From NCBI GenBank assembly GCA_001823575.1, contig MHUW01000001.1:12909-76908 (forward strand): a DNA stretch of 64,000 nt, read 5' to 3'. The notes under the pieces were generated by a model, which was given only the letters and a program-made list of their open reading frames with translations, made no database searches and was not told where the DNA came from. This DNA comes from Candidatus Yonathbacteria bacterium RIFCSPLOWO2_01_FULL_47_33b (lineage in GTDB: Bacteria > Patescibacteriota > Minisyncoccia > Phycocordibacterales > UBA1550). Below, piece after piece: positions 19,844-28,470 of the stretch. The stretch's first letter is position 1. Every line of letters starts with the position of its first letter. The position numbers and the translations under genes are program-made.

Positions 19844-20180
19844 AACAGGCCGGTAGCACTCTCGATAATAACAAATCATTCCTTTCCCAAAAGAGCGCCT
19901 ATACGACGCTCTTTTTTGTCCCTCGTTAACTTAAGCGGAGCCACTCGTGCAAAATCTAGGACTACTGCACCAAAAGGACGGTGCCGAGCGGTGCTTGACT
20001 ATATTCCCCTATATGCTAGGATGCTCCTACAAGCCTTTGGATACAAGAGTTTGTGTGGAACTTTACTTAATCCGCGTTTCTCCTTCTTTGTGCAAGCTTA
20101 ACCTAGTTTATTCTGGAGTAAGATTGCACGAAGAAGAATTAACGCGCGATATTGGTAAAACCACTGGTTTTTATTTAATT

Positions 20181-20366
20181 ATGGCAAAAACATCAACAAT
20201 CGTTCGCTCGCAAAAAGAGCCGAAATTTAGCTCACGCACCGTGCGCCGCTGTTTCAAATGCGGTCGTCGTCGCGGTTACATGGGTGATTTCGATCTTTGT
20301 CGCGTATGTTTCCGTGAACTCGCTAACGAGGGCAAGATCCCTGGCATCAAGAAGTCTTCTTGGTAA
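20181..20366 (+). CDS. rpsN: 30S ribosomal protein S14, zinc-binding type
   Basis: [27 protein letters not shown]. Confidence 0.97.
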   Translation: MAKTSTIVRSQKEPKFSSRTVRRCFKCGRRRGYMGDFDLCRVCFRELANEGKIPGIKKSSW

Positions 20367-20378
20367 TTCTCTACTATT

Positions 20379-20768
20379 ATGCACGACCCAATCGCAGACA
20401 TGCTCATCAGCATCAAAAACGCAGGCAATGCCGGAAAGTCAACGGCCGTTGTTCCTTTTTCTAAGATGAAGGAAACTATTGCAACCGTACTTTTCCAGAA
20501 CGGATTTATCGCATCATACGCAAAGAAAGGCAAGAAGGTGGTAAAGACTCTCGAGCTCGGTATTGCCTTTGATGGCAAACAGCCTCGCGTAGCAAACGTT
20601 GCGCGCGTTTCAAAACCTTCAAAGCGTGTATACATCAAGGCGGCCGAGATTAAACTCGTCAAGAATGGTTATGGTCTTCTCGTGCTCTCAACTCCCAAGG
20701 GTGTTATGACCGGAGCGGAGGCGCGTAAAGCACAGGTCGGCGGCGAAGCACTCTTTAAAATCTGGTAA
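20379..20768 (+). CDS. rpsH: 30S ribosomal protein S8
   Basis: DPIADML, RVSKP..RVY, LSTPKGVMT. Confidence 0.97.
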   Translation: MHDPIADMLISIKNAGNAGKSTAVVPFSKMKETIATVLFQNGFIASYAKKGKKVVKTLELGIAFDGKQPRVANVARVSKPSKRVYIKAAEIKLVKNGYGLLVLSTPKGVMTGAEARKAQVGGEALFKIW

Positions 20769-20778
20769 TACTAAATAT

Positions 20779-21312
20779 ATGTCAAGAATCGGAAAAAAGG
20801 GTGTAATAATCCCAACAGGAACAACAGTTACTCAGAACGGCGCGACCATCACGGTCAAGGGTCCTCAGGGTGAGCTCGCACGTGACTTTGCTGGTCCCGT
20901 AATCATTACGATCACCGAGGGAGCAATCTCGTTCGAGCCAAAGAACAACTCAAAGGATGCTCGCGCGCTCTGGGGCACCTACGCTTCGCACCTCGTTAAT
21001 ATGGTTGCTGGCGTAAACAAGCCATTTGAAAAGAAGCTCATTATTGAAGGTGTTGGTTACAAGGTTGAGCAGCAGGGGAGTATCCTTGTGTTCAGTCTCG
21101 GTTTCTCGCACAAGGTTCCTATGGAGGTTCCTAAGGACGTAAAGGCTCTTGTTGAAAAGAACACCATCACGCTTTCTTCAATCAATAAAGAATCCCTCGG
21201 TTTGTTTGCTGCACAGATTCGTGCAAAAAAGAAGCCTGAGCCATACAAGGGCAAGGGTATTCGTTACTCGAACGAGGTGGTTCGCCGCAAGCAGGGTAAG
21301 AAGTCTGCATAA
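20779..21312 (+). CDS. rplF: 50S ribosomal protein L6
   Basis: MSRIGK, GVGYK, PEPYKGKGIRY. Confidence 0.98.
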   Translation: MSRIGKKGVIIPTGTTVTQNGATITVKGPQGELARDFAGPVIITITEGAISFEPKNNSKDARALWGTYASHLVNMVAGVNKPFEKKLIIEGVGYKVEQQGSILVFSLGFSHKVPMEVPKDVKALVEKNTITLSSINKESLGLFAAQIRAKKKPEPYKGKGIRYSNEVVRRKQGKKSA

Positions 21313-21327
21313 TCTTCTGAAATTACT

Positions 21328-21678
21328 ATGACTACTATAACTAGCAAAACTGAAAAGCGTATCCGTCGACACCGTCGCATTCGTGCGAAGGTAATTGGAA
21401 CTGCAGAGCGTCCTCGCCTCGCCGTATTCAAGTCAAACCTCTACGTTTACGCACAGCTCATCGATGATATCAAGGGTACCACCCTCGCTTCATCATCAGA
21501 CATGAGCCTCAAAGGTAAGACCAAGACCGAGCGCGCAAAGATGGCTGGTGAGGCTCTTGCCAAGGTTGCAAAGGCGAAGGGTATCACCCAGGTAACCTTT
21601 GACCGTGGTGGCTTTATTTACACCGGACGTGTACGCGCCCTCGCTGAGGGAGCACGCGAAGGCGGCTTAGCATTTTAA
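21328..21678 (+). CDS. rplR: 50S ribosomal protein L18
   Basis: [19 protein letters not shown]. Confidence 0.97.
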   Translation: MTTITSKTEKRIRRHRRIRAKVIGTAERPRLAVFKSNLYVYAQLIDDIKGTTLASSSDMSLKGKTKTERAKMAGEALAKVAKAKGITQVTFDRGGFIYTGRVRALAEGAREGGLAF

Positions 21679-21684
21679 TATCAT

Positions 21685-22356
21685 ATGACCGAAAATACGA
21701 CACAACAGAATACTGAGGTGAAAGCAGGCGAAGCAAAGCCAGCAGCAGCTCGTTCGTTCGGAGGTCCTCGCGCTGCTGGTGCATCACGCGGAGGTGCTTC
21801 ACGTGGTCCTGCTCGCGGAGGTGCGGGTGCAGGACGTGGTGGTGCTGGCGCACGCAAGGGTGGTCCTCGCGGTGCTGGTTTCGAGCGTGCAAAGCCAGAG
21901 TTTGATAACAAGCTCATCCAGATTCGTCGCGTTACCCGTGTGGTTGCCGGCGGTCGTCGCTTCTCGTTCTCTGTTGCTATGGTTGCAGGTAACCGCAAAG
22001 GTTCGGTTGGTGTAGGTATTGGCAAGGCTGCCGATACTGCAGCAGCTATTGAAAAGGCAATGAAGAACGCCAAGAAGAATATGATCAAGGTGCGTCTTGT
22101 TGGTGAGATGATGATTCCTCACGAAGTCGAAGCAAAGGAGGCTTCAGCACGCGTGATGATCATGCCCGCTCCTGGCCGTGGTATGGTAGCAGGTAGTTCA
22201 GTACGTAACGTACTTGACCTTGCTGGCATCAAGAATGTCCGCGCAAAGATCCTTTCAGGCTCAAAGAATAAACTCAACAATGCTCGCGCAACGGTAAAGG
22301 CTCTTGAGCAGCTCCGCGCAAAAAAGCCTTCAAAGGCAGAGGTAGAAGCAAAATAA
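21685..22356 (+). CDS. rpsE: 30S ribosomal protein S5 with RGG-rich N-terminal extension
   Basis: RVTRVVAGGRRFSF, PAPG.G.VAG. Confidence 0.97.
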   Translation: MTENTTQQNTEVKAGEAKPAAARSFGGPRAAGASRGGASRGPARGGAGAGRGGAGARKGGPRGAGFERAKPEFDNKLIQIRRVTRVVAGGRRFSFSVAMVAGNRKGSVGVGIGKAADTAAAIEKAMKNAKKNMIKVRLVGEMMIPHEVEAKEASARVMIMPAPGRGMVAGSSVRNVLDLAGIKNVRAKILSGSKNKLNNARATVKALEQLRAKKPSKAEVEAK

Positions 22357-22380
22357 TCTCCTTATTTAACATACGATACT

Positions 22381-22827
22381 ATGCAGGCACATGAACTAAA
22401 ACCAAAAACAAAGCTTAAGTCCAAGAAACTCGTTGGGCGTGGTGGCAAACGTGGCAAGACCTCGGGTCGTGGTACCAAGGGTCAAAAGGCTCGTGCCGGA
22501 CACAGCATCCGTCCCGCAATGCGTGACATCATCAAGAAGCTCCCTAAGAAGCGCGGTGAAGGTGTTTCACGTAATCAGTTCAAGACTGAGGCAACTAACG
22601 AAGCGGTTATCAATATTGGCGTATTGAGCACCGTGTTTGCATCGGGTGATCGCGTTACCCCAAAGACTCTCCTTGAGAAGGCGCTCATCGAAAAGAGGGG
22701 CAACAAGGTTCCTACTATCAAAATCCTTGCAAAGGGTGAGCTTGATAAAAAACTCGATATCCGTGGATGCGCTATCTCTGAAAGTGCAAAGGCTGCCGTC
22801 GAAAAGCTTGGGGGTACGGTAAAGTAG
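22381..22827 (+). CDS. rplO: 50S ribosomal protein L15
   Basis: GRGG..GKTSGRG.KGQKAR, LPKKRG. Confidence 0.96.
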   Translation: MQAHELKPKTKLKSKKLVGRGGKRGKTSGRGTKGQKARAGHSIRPAMRDIIKKLPKKRGEGVSRNQFKTEATNEAVINIGVLSTVFASGDRVTPKTLLEKALIEKRGNKVPTIKILAKGELDKKLDIRGCAISESAKAAVEKLGGTVK

Positions 22828-22873
22828 TCAAAAAGTCGAAGGTCAAAAGTCCATAAAGAGAATACAAAATCCC

Positions 22874-24148
22874 ATGAACACACTCCTACGAAAATTGAAG
22901 TTAATGTTTGGAGATGCGGTGCTCCGTCGTCGTGTACTCTTTGTACTCGTAGCGCTCGTTATCTTCCGCGTACTCGCGAATATTCCTATTCCTGCAGCTG
23001 CAGGACAAAATCTCGCAGGGCTCCTTGCGAATGATCAGGCGCTTGGCTTTTTGAATCTCCTTACGGGTGGTGGACTTTCGGCTGTTTCTATTGTGATGCT
23101 TGGCGTTGGTCCGTACATTACGGCGTCGATTATCATGCAGCTTATGACGATGATGTCGCCAAAGATGAAGGCGATGCAGCACGAGGAAGGGGAGTTCGGT
23201 CGTCGCAAGATGACACAGTACTCACGCCTCCTTGCTGTGCCTCTCGCACTTGTTCAGGGATACGGTCTCATCGCATACCTTGGCAAGCAGGGGATTCTTG
23301 TTGGTCTTACGCCATTTGAAATGCTTACGAACACGCTCGTGGTAGCAGCAGGTTCACTCCTCCTTATGTGGATTGGTGAGCTCATTTCAGAGTTTGGTAT
23401 CGGTAACGGTGTCTCACTCATTATTTTTGCCGGTATCGTTTCGAGTCTCCCTGCTCGTGCTGCAGAACTTGCTTACACATTTAATGTTGCACAGATACCT
23501 CTTTATATTGGTGCTCTCGCCGCAACATTCGCGGTGGTTGCTGCTGTTGTCTTTATTACAGAGGCAGAGCGTCCAGTTCCGGTAACCTATGCCAAGCAGG
23601 CACGTGGTGGCCGTACTATTGGTGGCACAACACAGACTTATTTACCACTTCGTGTAAATCAGGCTGGCGTTATTCCTATCATCTTTGCGCTCTCAATCCT
23701 TATTTTCCCAACGGTTCTTGCTAATGCTCTCGCTACGATGGGTAACGGCACGGTTCAGGCTATTGCGCTTTCTGTCCAGAAAATACTTGCAAATAGTTGG
23801 GTAAACGGCTTCTTGTACTTCGGTCTTGTTTTCATCTTTACGTACTTTTACACAGCAGTTACGTTTGATCCTGATGCTATCTCGACCAACCTTCAGAAGA
23901 ATGGCGCGTTCATCCCCGGCATTCGCCCTGGAGAGCAGACTTCGCAATACCTCGCAAAGATTCTTACGCGTATCACACTCGTAGGCGCCGTATTCCTTGG
24001 TACTATCGCAATCTTGCCACTTATTATGCAGGAACTTACGGGCGTTGCATCGCTCGCTATCGGCGGTACTGCACTCCTCATTGTTGTTTCTGTCGTGCTT
24101 GACCTCGTAAAGAAGGTGGATGCACAGCTCTCGATGAGAGAATACTAA
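22874..24148 (+). CDS. secY: Preprotein translocase SecY
   Basis: LGVGPYITASII.QL, GIGNGVSLIIF.GI, IPGIRPG. Confidence 0.98.
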   Translation: MNTLLRKLKLMFGDAVLRRRVLFVLVALVIFRVLANIPIPAAAGQNLAGLLANDQALGFLNLLTGGGLSAVSIVMLGVGPYITASIIMQLMTMMSPKMKAMQHEEGEFGRRKMTQYSRLLAVPLALVQGYGLIAYLGKQGILVGLTPFEMLTNTLVVAAGSLLLMWIGELISEFGIGNGVSLIIFAGIVSSLPARAAELAYTFNVAQIPLYIGALAATFAVVAAVVFITEAERPVPVTYAKQARGGRTIGGTTQTYLPLRVNQAGVIPIIFALSILIFPTVLANALATMGNGTVQAIALSVQKILANSWVNGFLYFGLVFIFTYFYTAVTFDPDAISTNLQKNGAFIPGIRPGEQTSQYLAKILTRITLVGAVFLGTIAILPLIMQELTGVASLAIGGTALLIVVSVVLDLVKKVDAQLSMREY

Positions 24149-24243
24149 GGGTAGGGGTTAGCCACGAGGCTTTAGATGCTAGTAAACACGGGCGCGAGGA
24201 TAAAGCCCTCGCGCCCGTGTTCGTTTACTGCTACAATACCAAC

Positions 24244-24840
24244 ATGAATCTACAAACGGTCATTTTTATAGGGCGCTCAGGTGCAGGCAAGGGGACACAG
24301 TCCAACCACCTCAACACTTTTTTAGGTGAGCAAAGCAAAGAGGTGCCAGTGTTGTATATTGAAACAGGGGCATACTTCCGCAAATACGCACAAGAGGTAG
24401 GCTATACGTGGGATAGGGCACGAGCGTTTGGCGAGACCGGTAAACGTCAGCCGGAGTTTCTTGCAATCTGGATGTGGGCCAAAGCGCTTATTGATAATGT
24501 GCGGGACAAAGAGCACATTATTGTTGACGGCATGCCCCGCTCTCTTGATGAGGCAAAGATTCTTGATACCGCTATCTCGTTTTATGAACGCAATAACCCA
24601 ACCGTAGTGTTTTTGAATGTATCGCGTACGTGGGCAGAGGATCGTTTGCGCGGACGCGGCCGACCCGATGATGTAAAGGCTGATGTGGTTGCACGAAGGC
24701 TCTCGTGGTACGACGAGGATGTAGCGCCTGCGGTGGAGTATTACAGAAATAATCCCGCATACCGTTTCCTTGAGGTTAACGGAGAACAGACACCCGAGGA
24801 AGTTTTTAATGATATTTTGGGCGGGCTTGAATTGATCTAA
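24244..24840 (+). CDS. adk: Adenylate kinase (nucleoside monophosphate kinase)
   Basis: GRSGAGKGTQ, DGMPR, R.DD; located after secY. Confidence 0.88.
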   Translation: MNLQTVIFIGRSGAGKGTQSNHLNTFLGEQSKEVPVLYIETGAYFRKYAQEVGYTWDRARAFGETGKRQPEFLAIWMWAKALIDNVRDKEHIIVDGMPRSLDEAKILDTAISFYERNNPTVVFLNVSRTWAEDRLRGRGRPDDVKADVVARRLSWYDEDVAPAVEYYRNNPAYRFLEVNGEQTPEEVFNDILGGLELI

Positions 24841-24878
24841 GTTTACGAAGGGCGGTCCTTTGTAAAGCATTACAATAT

Positions 24879-25655
24879 ATGACAAAGAAAGGAATGGTAA
24901 AAACTGAAGAGGAAATCGCAATTATTCGCGAGGGCGGCAAGCGCCTCGCGAATATTTTGCTTGCCATTAAAGACGCCGTAAAACCTGGTGTCACGACACG
25001 AGAACTCGACCAGCTTGCAGAAAAGTTGATGCGCGAAGGTGGCGATGAGCCCGCATTTCTACATTACACCCCTGAGGGAGCCTCTATTCCATACCCGGGG
25101 TCACTTTGTGTGTCGGTGAATGATGAAATTGTGCATGGAATTGGTGGCGACCGCGTACTGCAGGAGGGTGACATCATTGGTATTGATACAGGTATTAAAC
25201 ATAAAGGACTTTTTACTGACTCCGCAATGACGGTGGCAGTGGGGAAGATTGATGACGCTGCACAGAAATTGATAGATGTGACAAAGGGCGCGCTCGCTGC
25301 CGGTATTGAGGTCGCCCGTAGTGGTAAAACAGTCGGCGATATTGGTTACGCTATTGAAAAATACGTAAAAGACCATGGATTTGTCATTGTAGAGGAGCTC
25401 GGTGGACACGGCGTCGGGTATCATCAGCACGAGGACCCACATGTTGCCAACTATGGCGAGAGAGGGCAGGGAGTGCGCCTGAAACCTGGTATGGTGCTTG
25501 CTCTTGAGCCAATTGTGAACGAGGGCTCACGCTATATAGAACTCCTTTCCGATGGATACACGTTTGTAACCCGCGACCACAAACGCTCCGCACATTTTGA
25601 ACACACCATCCTCATCACCGACGGCCCCGCCGAAATTTTAACGAAGGTTGGGTAA
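24879..25655 (+). CDS. map: Methionine aminopeptidase type I
   Basis: CVSVNDEIVHG, GHGVG...HEDP, LEP, SAHFEHTI. Confidence 0.97.
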   Translation: MTKKGMVKTEEEIAIIREGGKRLANILLAIKDAVKPGVTTRELDQLAEKLMREGGDEPAFLHYTPEGASIPYPGSLCVSVNDEIVHGIGGDRVLQEGDIIGIDTGIKHKGLFTDSAMTVAVGKIDDAAQKLIDVTKGALAAGIEVARSGKTVGDIGYAIEKYVKDHGFVIVEELGGHGVGYHQHEDPHVANYGERGQGVRLKPGMVLALEPIVNEGSRYIELLSDGYTFVTRDHKRSAHFEHTILITDGPAEILTKVG

Positions 25656-25695
25656 GTACCGCAACAATCTTGAGGAGTGTAAAGAGTTGTACGCT

Positions 25696-25743
25696 CATAC
25701 TATCATCTATCTGTAGTCATGACTACAGATAGATGATAGTATG
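25696..25743. repeat. 48-bp perfect palindrome, GTAGTCATGACTAC family copy 4
   Basis: CATACTATCATCTATCTGTAGTCA|TGACTACAGATAGATGATAGTATG, ends 6 nt before ATG 25750. Confidence 0.95.
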
Positions 25744-25749
25744 TAAGAT

Positions 25750-26304
25750 ATGATGAAAAAATATGAAAGGGGAGAGCTTGCCAAAGAAATACTCTTGGGT
25801 CTTGCGGCGGGAGGTTTTATTGTCGCGTGTCTTGCTATGCCAGGGCTTACCAAAATAATACCGCTTTTTAAACCAAAAGGAGCTAAAGATAGATACCGAA
25901 TCAATCAAGCGTTCCAGAAGCTTCAGAAAAATAAGTTAGTAAATATTTACATAAAAAATGGCAATGAGGTGGTGGAGATTACTAAAGCTGGAAAGAAAAA
26001 AGTTCTCGAGTATAACCTTGATGAAATGAAGCTCAAAGTACCTCAAAAGTGGGATGGGTGGTGGCGCATTGTGATGTTTGATATTCCGCAATCAAAAAAG
26101 AGAGCGCGTGATGCAGTGAGTCGAAAGATAAAAGAGCTCGGTCTGTACCCGATTCAAAAGTCAGTCTTTGTATCGCCGTATCTTTGCAAGAATGAAATTG
26201 ATTTTGTGGGAGAATTTTTTGGCGTGCGAGATCACATTATTTATATTAAGGCAAAAGAAATAGAAGGAGTACGTGAGCTTAAAAAGCATTTTGGTGTTTC
26301 GTGA
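25750..26304 (+). CDS. PaaX-like protein: wHTH plus Cas2-like central domain (solo, no CRISPR context)
   Basis: WDGWWRIVMFDIP..K...RD.....KELG...IQKSVFVSPY; preceding L.K..LV...EIT..G wing motif. Confidence 0.8.
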   Translation: MMKKYERGELAKEILLGLAAGGFIVACLAMPGLTKIIPLFKPKGAKDRYRINQAFQKLQKNKLVNIYIKNGNEVVEITKAGKKKVLEYNLDEMKLKVPQKWDGWWRIVMFDIPQSKKRARDAVSRKIKELGLYPIQKSVFVSPYLCKNEIDFVGEFFGVRDHIIYIKAKEIEGVRELKKHFGVS

Positions 26305-26339
26305 GGTAAATGCATTGTATGTCTCCTCCTTTTTTGTTG

Positions 26340-26379
26340 CTATCATCTATCTGTAGTCATGACTATAGATAGATGATAG
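26340..26379. repeat. 40-bp palindrome, GTAGTCATGACTAC family copy 5 (1 mismatch)
   Basis: CTATCATCTATCTGTAGTCA|TGACTATAGATAGATGATAG. Confidence 0.95.
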
Positions 26380-26469
26380 GGGGTGGGGTATAGAGTGTGC
26401 TCAAAAAATAGTTATCCACTCCCATTTTGCTTGCGGTGGGGGGCAACATAAAGGTATACTTGTGTGTAT

Positions 26470-26964
26470 ATGGAGACTGAGACAGTAGTACCACCACACA
26501 AGAAAAAGTTTTTGACACTTATTGTGCTCGTAGTAGTCATTATTTTTGTTGTGCTCGTAGTGAATCAAAAAAGAAATGTGGCGCCAACACCTACTCCGCA
26601 AGTCGCTGAACTTTCACAAGAACCTCAAAAAATAGATTTTGGCACTAATATGCCAACTGATTTTCCAACTGATATACCCGTCGAGAAAGGAGTAAAGGTG
26701 GAGCAGAGCTACAGTTTAAACTACGCAGGACAAAAACAATTAACGATCGTTTTCTTGTCCACCAAAACCGTTAAAGAAAACTATACCCTCTACGCCGATT
26801 TTCTTAAAAAACAAAACTGGAATATTTCCAACAAATATGAAAGTGCAAACGTATCTTCTTTGTACGGCACGAAAGAGAGTAATGATATCAACGTGACGAT
26901 CAGTGAAAATATCTCGGCTGCGGGAGTGAAGTCGCAGGTAAGTATTAGTGTTTTGAAAAAATGA
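26470..26964 (+). CDS. Membrane-anchored hypothetical protein
   Basis: Single N-terminal TM, MP.DFP.DIP motif; stop overlaps next start (ATGA). Confidence 0.7.
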   Translation: METETVVPPHKKKFLTLIVLVVVIIFVVLVVNQKRNVAPTPTPQVAELSQEPQKIDFGTNMPTDFPTDIPVEKGVKVEQSYSLNYAGQKQLTIVFLSTKTVKENYTLYADFLKKQNWNISNKYESANVSSLYGTKESNDINVTISENISAAGVKSQVSISVLKK

Positions 26965-27896
26965 TGAAATTAGGTCATTACAACTTGAGTATAAAGTCTT
27001 CACGGAGAATCTCCTCGCAAGTTTTTTTGCTGATTGCTACTATGTTATTTGCAGTACCCAACATTACATATGCGGAGGTAACTCAAGGCTGTTCACCTAC
27101 TAGCTCTTCGTATGTGGTTCAAAGCCTTGATCGAAATCCATACAATGCTGGTGATACAATTACCGCGACACTATATTCACCACCACAAAATCTTACTACT
27201 AGAGGCGGAGGGTGGGTCGTGAGTATTTATGCAAAAGTTGATGGGGTAACTGGTCAATATTTTGCTACAGGAGAGCTTGGGGGGAAGACTCCTTGGACTG
27301 TTTCTACTCAGTTGGTTGCACCTGCTGGCTTAGGGCAACATTATGTGGAATTTGGCTTTTCGTCAGGGCATGGGGCTGGAGTGAGATGTAGTATTCCTTT
27401 TACCGTAGTCTCTCCTTCGGGCACCATAAATGTCTCTTCAAGTATCTCGTCCTCCTGGACAATCACCGGACCTGTAACCATCCCTGGCTCAGGAACTTCA
27501 CAGTCCTCACCTTCACAGCCTGCGGGAGCCTATACTATCACCTGGAATCCTGTAGCTGGGCACACCACCCCTCCATCACAGAGCCTCACTCTTATTTCTG
27601 GGGGAATGATTACGTTTAGTGGGACATACACGGCGCTTGCATCATGCCCTCTCCCTTGGGGAGGAAGCATCGCAAGCGGTAATTCAACCACGGCATACCA
27701 GTCAGCTTCCGTAATGTCCCCACTAGCTTGTACCTCACAATCCCGCCTCTGTACCAACGGAACTCTTACAGGTACCTATGCAAACCAGAGTTGTGTGGTC
27801 AATCCTGCCTCAGTGTGTTCTAATGGTATCTGTGAAGCAGGAGAGAACCCCTTAACGTGTCCACAGGATTGTAAAGTTAAGATCAAGCAGTTTTAA
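26961..27896 (+). CDS. Secreted Ser/Thr/Cys-rich surface protein
   Basis: Signal peptide; SCPLPWGG..C....R.CTNG.L.G module; C-terminus CEAGENPLTCPQDCKVKIKQF. Confidence 0.75.
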   Translation: MMKLGHYNLSIKSSRRISSQVFLLIATMLFAVPNITYAEVTQGCSPTSSSYVVQSLDRNPYNAGDTITATLYSPPQNLTTRGGGWVVSIYAKVDGVTGQYFATGELGGKTPWTVSTQLVAPAGLGQHYVEFGFSSGHGAGVRCSIPFTVVSPSGTINVSSSISSSWTITGPVTIPGSGTSQSSPSQPAGAYTITWNPVAGHTTPPSQSLTLISGGMITFSGTYTALASCPLPWGGSIASGNSTTAYQSASVMSPLACTSQSRLCTNGTLTGTYANQSCVVNPASVCSNGICEAGENPLTCPQDCKVKIKQF

Positions 27897-27975
27897 CCCT
27901 TCAAAACAAGCTCAGGATTAAAATATCGCGCTTTGGGCGCGATTTTTTGTTGTGTCGTGTGGTATAATTCATAGC

Positions 27976-28461
27976 ATGAAAACAAACATGTACTGGGTGC
28001 AGGTGGGGGCGCTTTTGGTAGGGACGTTTTTTGCGTGGACGACCGCGGTAGTGGATTTTCTGCGGTTTTACCAGGCTGAAGGCACGCTCTTCAAGATCAA
28101 TGATTGTTTGTATCCTAATCCTGTTACCACTCCATGCTTTTACGGAGCGATAGCTTTTGCTATTGCGCTTGGGTGGGCAATTTTAATTCTCAAAAAAGAA
28201 GGTGAAATGCGTCGTAAAAGTGAAAAATATCTCTCGTGGCTTTTGATAGCGGGAACAATCTTTGCGTGGACAAGTTTTGGGCGCCTAGTATACAATTTCT
28301 ACACCGCACTCCCAGGGCAGGGAATCGGGTGTTCTGGAGTCCCTACGGCAAACCCCTTTACCACCCCCTGTTTCTTTGGGGCGACACTTTTTCTTATTGC
28401 ACTCATCATTTCATTGGTCATTCTCGCCAAAGAAGCAAAATCTCAAGTACCTGTGGTATAA
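27976..28461 (+). CDS. Membrane protein with internal duplication (two NP.TTPCF.GA motifs)
   Basis: Four TM segments; GT.FAW and NP.TTPCF.GA each occur twice. Confidence 0.7.
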   Translation: MKTNMYWVQVGALLVGTFFAWTTAVVDFLRFYQAEGTLFKINDCLYPNPVTTPCFYGAIAFAIALGWAILILKKEGEMRRKSEKYLSWLLIAGTIFAWTSFGRLVYNFYTALPGQGIGCSGVPTANPFTTPCFFGATLFLIALIISLVILAKEAKSQVPVV

Positions 28462-28470
28462 TCTAGGGTA

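Noticed and set aside
4606-25655. Numerous antisense and alternate-frame ORFs over ribosomal and translation genes
   Set aside because: Shadow ORFs of strongly conserved genes, with no independent coding signals.
25696-26379. CRISPR-Cas locus (Cas2-like gene plus repeats)
   Set aside because: Repeats are dispersed long palindromes, not a repeat-spacer array; no cas1 or effector genes in the window.
14381-27896. Diversity-generating retroelement acting on the shared C-termini
   Set aside because: No reverse transcriptase or template/variable repeat pair with adenine-specific differences was seen.
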